This document shows, piece by piece, positions 59,372 to 64,000 of a stretch of 64,000 nucleotides of DNA. This DNA comes from Candidatus Thorarchaeota archaeon. GTDB taxonomy: Archaea; Asgardarchaeota; Thorarchaeia; Thorarchaeales; Thorarchaeaceae. The stretch's first letter is position 1, and the number at the start of each line of letters is the position of its first letter. The translations under genes and the position numbers were made by a program. The notes under the pieces were generated by a model. It saw nothing but the letters and a program-made list of their open reading frames with translations. It did not search any database and was not told where the DNA came from. The stretch is from positions 32,001-96,000 of the forward strand of contig JBHLRP010000001.1 in the NCBI GenBank assembly GCA_048882485.1. The letters are read 5' to 3'.

Positions 59372-60937
59372 ATGCCCCGCTTCCGCCGAAGAAGACTTCT
59401 GATAGGCTTTCTAGCTGTATGTGGCGTAGTGATTCTCGCGAGCACAATACTTGCTTCAGCTCAAGCACCACCTGCAGGGTGGTTCGGAGACGAAGAGCAT
59501 CTGCATGCGAGAATTCTAGTCAATGATGTCAGCATTACCGCAACAGACCAAGCGCATCCAATTCCAATCGATGTCGAAGGCGATACAACAATCTACATCG
59601 AAATCGATGTAATTGGAACCCAGGCTATACATCACCTAAGGGGCGCCATTGGCTTTTGGTACCAGAGCATCAAAGTCTTTGAAATCACAGTAGCTCAAAA
59701 TGAGTCATCAGCATTGATGCAGCCGGATGACACTATACCTCCAGTGGGAGCGACCCTACCTATGGGAGATATTGTGACTACACAACTTGCTGGAATCTCA
59801 ATCGATGTTATCACAGGAATGTTCGAAGCCTCAGTTAGTCTATATTACCTTGTTGAAGGAGAGGTTGATGGTGTTGACACACCGCATGCAATTGAGCAAG
59901 TCTTCTTTCTCACACTCCCTCCCTCATCAGCGATAGACGCGATTACATCGATTGCTGGAATTGCTACCACGGTGGCCACCGGTGGTGCAATATTGGGTGT
60001 AGGCGCCAGTTTCAAGTCATTATTGGAAGGTGTTCAGACCGCCCACAAAGTACGCTCTATCCAAAAGAAGGCTGGGGAGATAAGATCTCTTCCAAATCTC
60101 ACGGTGCTGGGGGCACTACCTGCTCTATTTTCACTACTTTCAATGCAAGTGAGGATTCGAAAGAGGAAAGCCACAGATCAGGAGATTCAATCATACGAGA
60201 GAGGAGAAGGCGGAGTCAGTGAGTATCGAATTCGCCAGCGTGTGAGAGAGATTGCTCCTGAAGCATGGGCCAAAGACAAGTGTCCAAACTGCAGGACCAA
60301 GTGGCGAACCGATTCCGCGGAATGCAAGAAGTGTCATATCGATATCGAAGAAGCTCAGGAGAAATATGCTGACCTAATTGCCAGTAAAGTGCCCAAGGCA
60401 TTACAGGTGATGGGAAAGAAGAAATCACTATCAATTAGGAGACTTGCAAAGAGGACTAAGTCAAATGAGTACAATGCTGGAGTCCTTGGGGCAGCGCTTG
60501 TCGATTCAGAAGTAACAGAGATACAGAAGATCGAAACTCCAGTTCGGAGCTTTGTGATGAACATTGGTGGGCTGGCTTTTCTCGTTCTCACTTGGCAGAC
60601 ACTGCTAGGAGGCGCAGCTAGCACATTCCAAACGACTCTTACGGTTGTGGGAGGTGCTCTATCCCTTGCTGTAATCGTAGCGCTTTACTTCTCAAGGAGG
60701 TCTCAGATTCAAAAGCTGAGAGTTACCCTTGATGATCAAGAGATCTCTGTGGCTGAGGAAGTCGAAGTTGAACCTGAGGTTGAACCTCCAGGAGAGGATG
60801 CTGAGGCTGAGCCAGAGGAAGAGGATTTTGCTGCGGAGGAATCTTCTGACATTGGTGAAGAAGAATCTGAAACTCAGACTGATGAGGAATCGATGGACAT
60901 CGATGATGAGAACTATTCAGAATGGGATGAGGAGTGA
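59372..60937 (+). CDS. Hypothetical membrane protein with extracellular domain, Zn-ribbon and acidic tail
   Basis: Signal anchor after MPRFRRRR, TM pairs, CPNC..CKKC, D/E-rich C-terminus. Confidence 0.7.
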   Translation: MPRFRRRRLLIGFLAVCGVVILASTILASAQAPPAGWFGDEEHLHARILVNDVSITATDQAHPIPIDVEGDTTIYIEIDVIGTQAIHHLRGAIGFWYQSIKVFEITVAQNESSALMQPDDTIPPVGATLPMGDIVTTQLAGISIDVITGMFEASVSLYYLVEGEVDGVDTPHAIEQVFFLTLPPSSAIDAITSIAGIATTVATGGAILGVGASFKSLLEGVQTAHKVRSIQKKAGEIRSLPNLTVLGALPALFSLLSMQVRIRKRKATDQEIQSYERGEGGVSEYRIRQRVREIAPEAWAKDKCPNCRTKWRTDSAECKKCHIDIEEAQEKYADLIASKVPKALQVMGKKKSLSIRRLAKRTKSNEYNAGVLGAALVDSEVTEIQKIETPVRSFVMNIGGLAFLVLTWQTLLGGAASTFQTTLTVVGGALSLAVIVALYFSRRSQIQKLRVTLDDQEISVAEEVEVEPEVEPPGEDAEAEPEEEDFAAEESSDIGEEESETQTDEESMDIDDENYSEWDEE

Positions 60938-60977
60938 TGGCTCTTTTGCCATCACCCTCTTGCCATTTCTCTCAGCA

Positions 60978-63900
60978 CTATTCAGTAGGTACTGAACTCC
61001 TTTTGGCGACCGCACCTGTGACCTTGCCTAGGACTTGAATTATCTTCGAAGCAATGAATGGAATTACCACTAGGAAGAGAACTGGCATCAACACTATAAT
61101 GGCGAGCTGGAAGCTCTGCAGGAATTCCATTGACATCACTGTAGTGGCGCCCACCACAACCAGGAACATCAGGAATTTGAGGCGGATTGAAGAACTGAAC
61201 CTGTTGATCATTGATATCTTCTCATCTTCAACAATTCTGCGAGGTGTTCCTGCTTCTTCCATTCTCATTACTTTCTTGATTCCCTTGCTTACTTCCCTGT
61301 ACAGATTCACAACCACAACGATGATTGATGACACATATGCCGCGAAGATCGTAGTCATTATCGTTGGGATGGTCAAATCACCGAAGGAGGTTGAGACCTC
61401 AATGATGTATGCCCTGAACCAATCTATTCCCGTGCCATATAGCAGCATCATCACAATGACCACTGGCACAAACACGAGATGCCAGAGACCCAAGACAATC
61501 CTGCCCCTGTTCAGAGCCCCTTTGATGAGGACGGCAGAAACAGCATCTCGGTAAAGCCAGAGGCCATACATGAGAACCGACATTCCGAGCAGGGCTACAG
61601 TAAGCACCAATGCAAGACCAAGTTCTGCTTGTAGGAAGTACCAATATGATGCCATCAAGCCTGCACCGCTACCAAGTGCCATCAGCAGGTATATTCTATC
61701 CATCCGCCTAACCGACCTTCGAAGACCTTCAACAGATTCGTCATCTATTCTTGTAGAAGCTGAGATTCTGAAGTATACAAACATGCCAATGAGGCTTAGT
61801 AGGAATGATAATCCAGCTCCTATACTGACTGATTGAGTTGACAATGTGAAATCCGGCGTGGCGGGGCTTATCGTTATGGTTTCTGTTGTATCGGTAGCCT
61901 GCACAAACTGGCCTTGAGCAGTAATGCTCACGGTAAATTCACCATATCCCTCGGTTGCTGGAATCTGTATTATACTGGCTTCATAGGTCCCTATCGCATA
62001 AGTTTCAGTTGCCTGAACTGGAGGCAAATCCATCAAAGATACTGTTACATCCAAGTCCGGAATTGGATTTCCGTAGATGTCTTGGATCGCTATGGCAACT
62101 AGTAATGATTGGCCTTGAGTGCCCGATTCTGGGAAGAATGTAACATCAAAGACGATTTGGCCTGTAACGACCAAGACACCTTCCAGAGCGTCACCAGTCT
62201 CAATGTCGTCATGTTGGACAGATACAGAATAGTTGTATTCGCCAGGTGACCATCCAACGGTCGTTACTTGAGCAGTATACACACCGGGAGTGCTCTCTTG
62301 CATAGGATAGGATAGCGCTTTCACAAAGAACGTCACAGTTGCACCAGAGACTGGACGGTCGAGCCAATCGACAAGAGTCAGTTCCATTGTTGTCTGGCCT
62401 CCTTGTGCAACTGTATCGCCTCCAAGGGACCTGATGGATGAATATGCACTTGCATCTGCAAATGCACGAATAGTGTATTCCTTTGACCATGGATTTGCGT
62501 AGGTTGCATTCACATAGACCATGAAGGTGTTCTCACCAACTAGAAAGTCGGCCAAGACCATGAACATAAAATCAGGCTCTCCAGTCACCCCTGTTTGGGT
62601 GTACCTTGTGCCATTGATTTCGATGATTACGGATGTACCTTGGAAGACTGGGCCAAATGTGTCTTTGACGAACACATTCACCTCAAAGGTGGCACCCGCC
62701 TCAACCCTTGGTGTGAAGAACACATTTGGTATTAGATCACCGAATACTTCAAACTCGATCTGCTGAGCAGGATTCTCCCTTATTCGGTCCTTAATGACAT
62801 GTAATTCAAATGTGTAATTTCCAATCCCCAAATCTATACTTCTATTGAACAGATAGATTCCAGGCGTTGCAGTAGGATCGAGATTGAAAATTGTGGGTCC
62901 ACTCCTAAGAAATGCATTTGCACCATTCACAGGTCGACCATAGGCATCGAAAATCTCAAACGCAGCCTCAATTCTGTCATTCTGCTGCACAATTGCAGGG
63001 AAATCTGATACTATACTGAGAGTTGATGCTAAGGTAAGAACTTCGATGTTGCGCTCTCCAAATCCTGGACCAATTCCGTAGGGATGAGTTGCCGTTGCAC
63101 CTATGGGATGAAGGCCTGCAGGCAGCTGCACCTCAGCAACCTCCAAGAAATAGGAGTCATTAATCGGAACTGCAGGGTAATCCGAACCGCCAATATGAAC
63201 CATGACCGAAGAGTCATTCACTCTCCCTTCCAAATTGTCGTGAACCAGAACCTCAATAGTCATATTGCCTCCCTGATAGACCAGTTCAGGCGCAAAGACT
63301 AGCACATGAAGATTGCTTCTTACTGTGACTGCATCAGGCCATGAAGCGTATCTGAAATGATAGAAATTATGATTGACAAGCACACTAAGGTTAACAGGTC
63401 CAATTGGCCAAGAAGCGTCTGTCCATGATTCGTAATGTGACTCATCTGGATTGTAATATGAATTGAATGAGGGCGTCTGCAAACCTTCAGGCGTTATGAA
63501 ACTGGCTTGTACATAGACCGCTGCATCATCCACAGATTCGCCGTAGATATTGAGGACGGTAACATTTGCCTTGAATTCATTTCCCTGGTCAACGATAGTT
63601 GGTGCATACTCAATACCCACAGATAACCTGTAGAACAAATCCAAATCCCGAATTGCCCCTATTACCGCCTTTCCCACATCCGTCACGATGGGATATGCGG
63701 CAATCTCCATCCCATTACCGGGATCAATATCCCCGATAGGTATTGGGACATAGACCTCTCCGACTACAGCAGTTCTGATGTCACCATCATTCGATATTAT
63801 CGTGAGAAGGCCATCCTCCTTGGTGAACAAGAGAAACTCATTGACCGGCCAACCATTGAAATCTGTTTCAATGGCACTAAGAGGCGTCGATCCTGTCACC

Positions 63901-64000
63901 TGAATGGTCCACTCAATCTCGAGAGTCGTACCGATTTTTGTCAGCATCAGCTCCCCGCTGTCATGAAGAACAACGAGTTCGTCTATGCCGTCGAGATTTG
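60978..64000 (-). CDS. Large surface membrane protein, 5'-truncated (FG-GAP-like repeats + Ig-like domains + about 7 C-terminal TMs)
   Basis: Frame stays open to the window edge (NLDGIDELVV upstream of the listed ATG); DFNG, GDIDPGNGMEI; D.YG.PV..A.V...PG.Y Ig-like units; TM bundle. Confidence 0.75.
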   Translation of the reverse strand, partial: NLDGIDELVVLHDSGELMLTKIGTTLEIEWTIQVTGSTPLSAIETDFNGWPVNEFLLFTKEDGLLTIISNDGDIRTAVVGEVYVPIPIGDIDPGNGMEIAAYPIVTDVGKAVIGAIRDLDLFYRLSVGIEYAPTIVDQGNEFKANVTVLNIYGESVDDAAVYVQASFITPEGLQTPSFNSYYNPDESHYESWTDASWPIGPVNLSVLVNHNFYHFRYASWPDAVTVRSNLHVLVFAPELVYQGGNMTIEVLVHDNLEGRVNDSSVMVHIGGSDYPAVPINDSYFLEVAEVQLPAGLHPIGATATHPYGIGPGFGERNIEVLTLASTLSIVSDFPAIVQQNDRIEAAFEIFDAYGRPVNGANAFLRSGPTIFNLDPTATPGIYLFNRSIDLGIGNYTFELHVIKDRIRENPAQQIEFEVFGDLIPNVFFTPRVEAGATFEVNVFVKDTFGPVFQGTSVIIEINGTRYTQTGVTGEPDFMFMVLADFLVGENTFMVYVNATYANPWSKEYTIRAFADASAYSSIRSLGGDTVAQGGQTTMELTLVDWLDRPVSGATVTFFVKALSYPMQESTPGVYTAQVTTVGWSPGEYNYSVSVQHDDIETGDALEGVLVVTGQIVFDVTFFPESGTQGQSLLVAIAIQDIYGNPIPDLDVTVSLMDLPPVQATETYAIGTYEASIIQIPATEGYGEFTVSITAQGQFVQATDTTETITISPATPDFTLSTQSVSIGAGLSFLLSLIGMFVYFRISASTRIDDESVEGLRRSVRRMDRIYLLMALGSGAGLMASYWYFLQAELGLALVLTVALLGMSVLMYGLWLYRDAVSAVLIKGALNRGRIVLGLWHLVFVPVVIVMMLLYGTGIDWFRAYIIEVSTSFGDLTIPTIMTTIFAAYVSSIIVVVVNLYREVSKGIKKVMRMEEAGTPRRIVEDEKISMINRFSSSIRLKFLMFLVVVGATTVMSMEFLQSFQLAIIVLMPVLFLVVIPFIASKIIQVLGKVTGAVAKRSSVPTE

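Noticed and set aside
60280-60337. CKKCH in the 59372 protein as a heme c site
   Set aside because: It pairs with CPNC to form a Zn ribbon in a basic, probably cytoplasmic region
256-63302. Numerous short antisense or overlapping ORFs in the six-frame track
   Set aside because: They are shadows of well-supported genes and have no recognisable motifs

Overview
Gene-dense archaeal DNA, most likely an Asgard archaeon (Thorarchaeia-like). This rests on a Rab-like small GTPase, CxxxY-type CcmE, a geranylgeranyl reductase, an ADP-forming acyl-CoA synthetase and large Ig-repeat surface proteins; the taxonomy is inference. About 53 kb (2-55 kb) form one respiratory island. It encodes (i) cytochrome c maturation (ccmF, ccmABC-D-E); (ii) isoprenoid quinone tail genes (GGR, an active and an aspartate-less polyprenyl synthase, menA); (iii) five FAD-linked oxidoreductase paralogs and five HdrD-like CCG/Fe-S paralogs, interspersed with His-containing membrane proteins and three surface monoheme c-type cytochromes on stalks of 0, 1 and 11 Ig-like domains; (iv) a DOMON-heme / CuA-FeS / CuA operon next to a PadR regulator, with no oxidase subunit I in the window; (v) a complex I-like operon (nuoA-J-K-C-D-H-I-M-L-M-N) without nuoEFG/fpoF. 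The complex has four antiporter-like subunits and a 26-aa duplication in the NuoL lateral helix (2M type), and its NuoB is fused to one of the FAD oxidoreductases. The last 9 kb are housekeeping and surface genes. No rRNA, tRNA, CRISPR array or mobile element was recognised.
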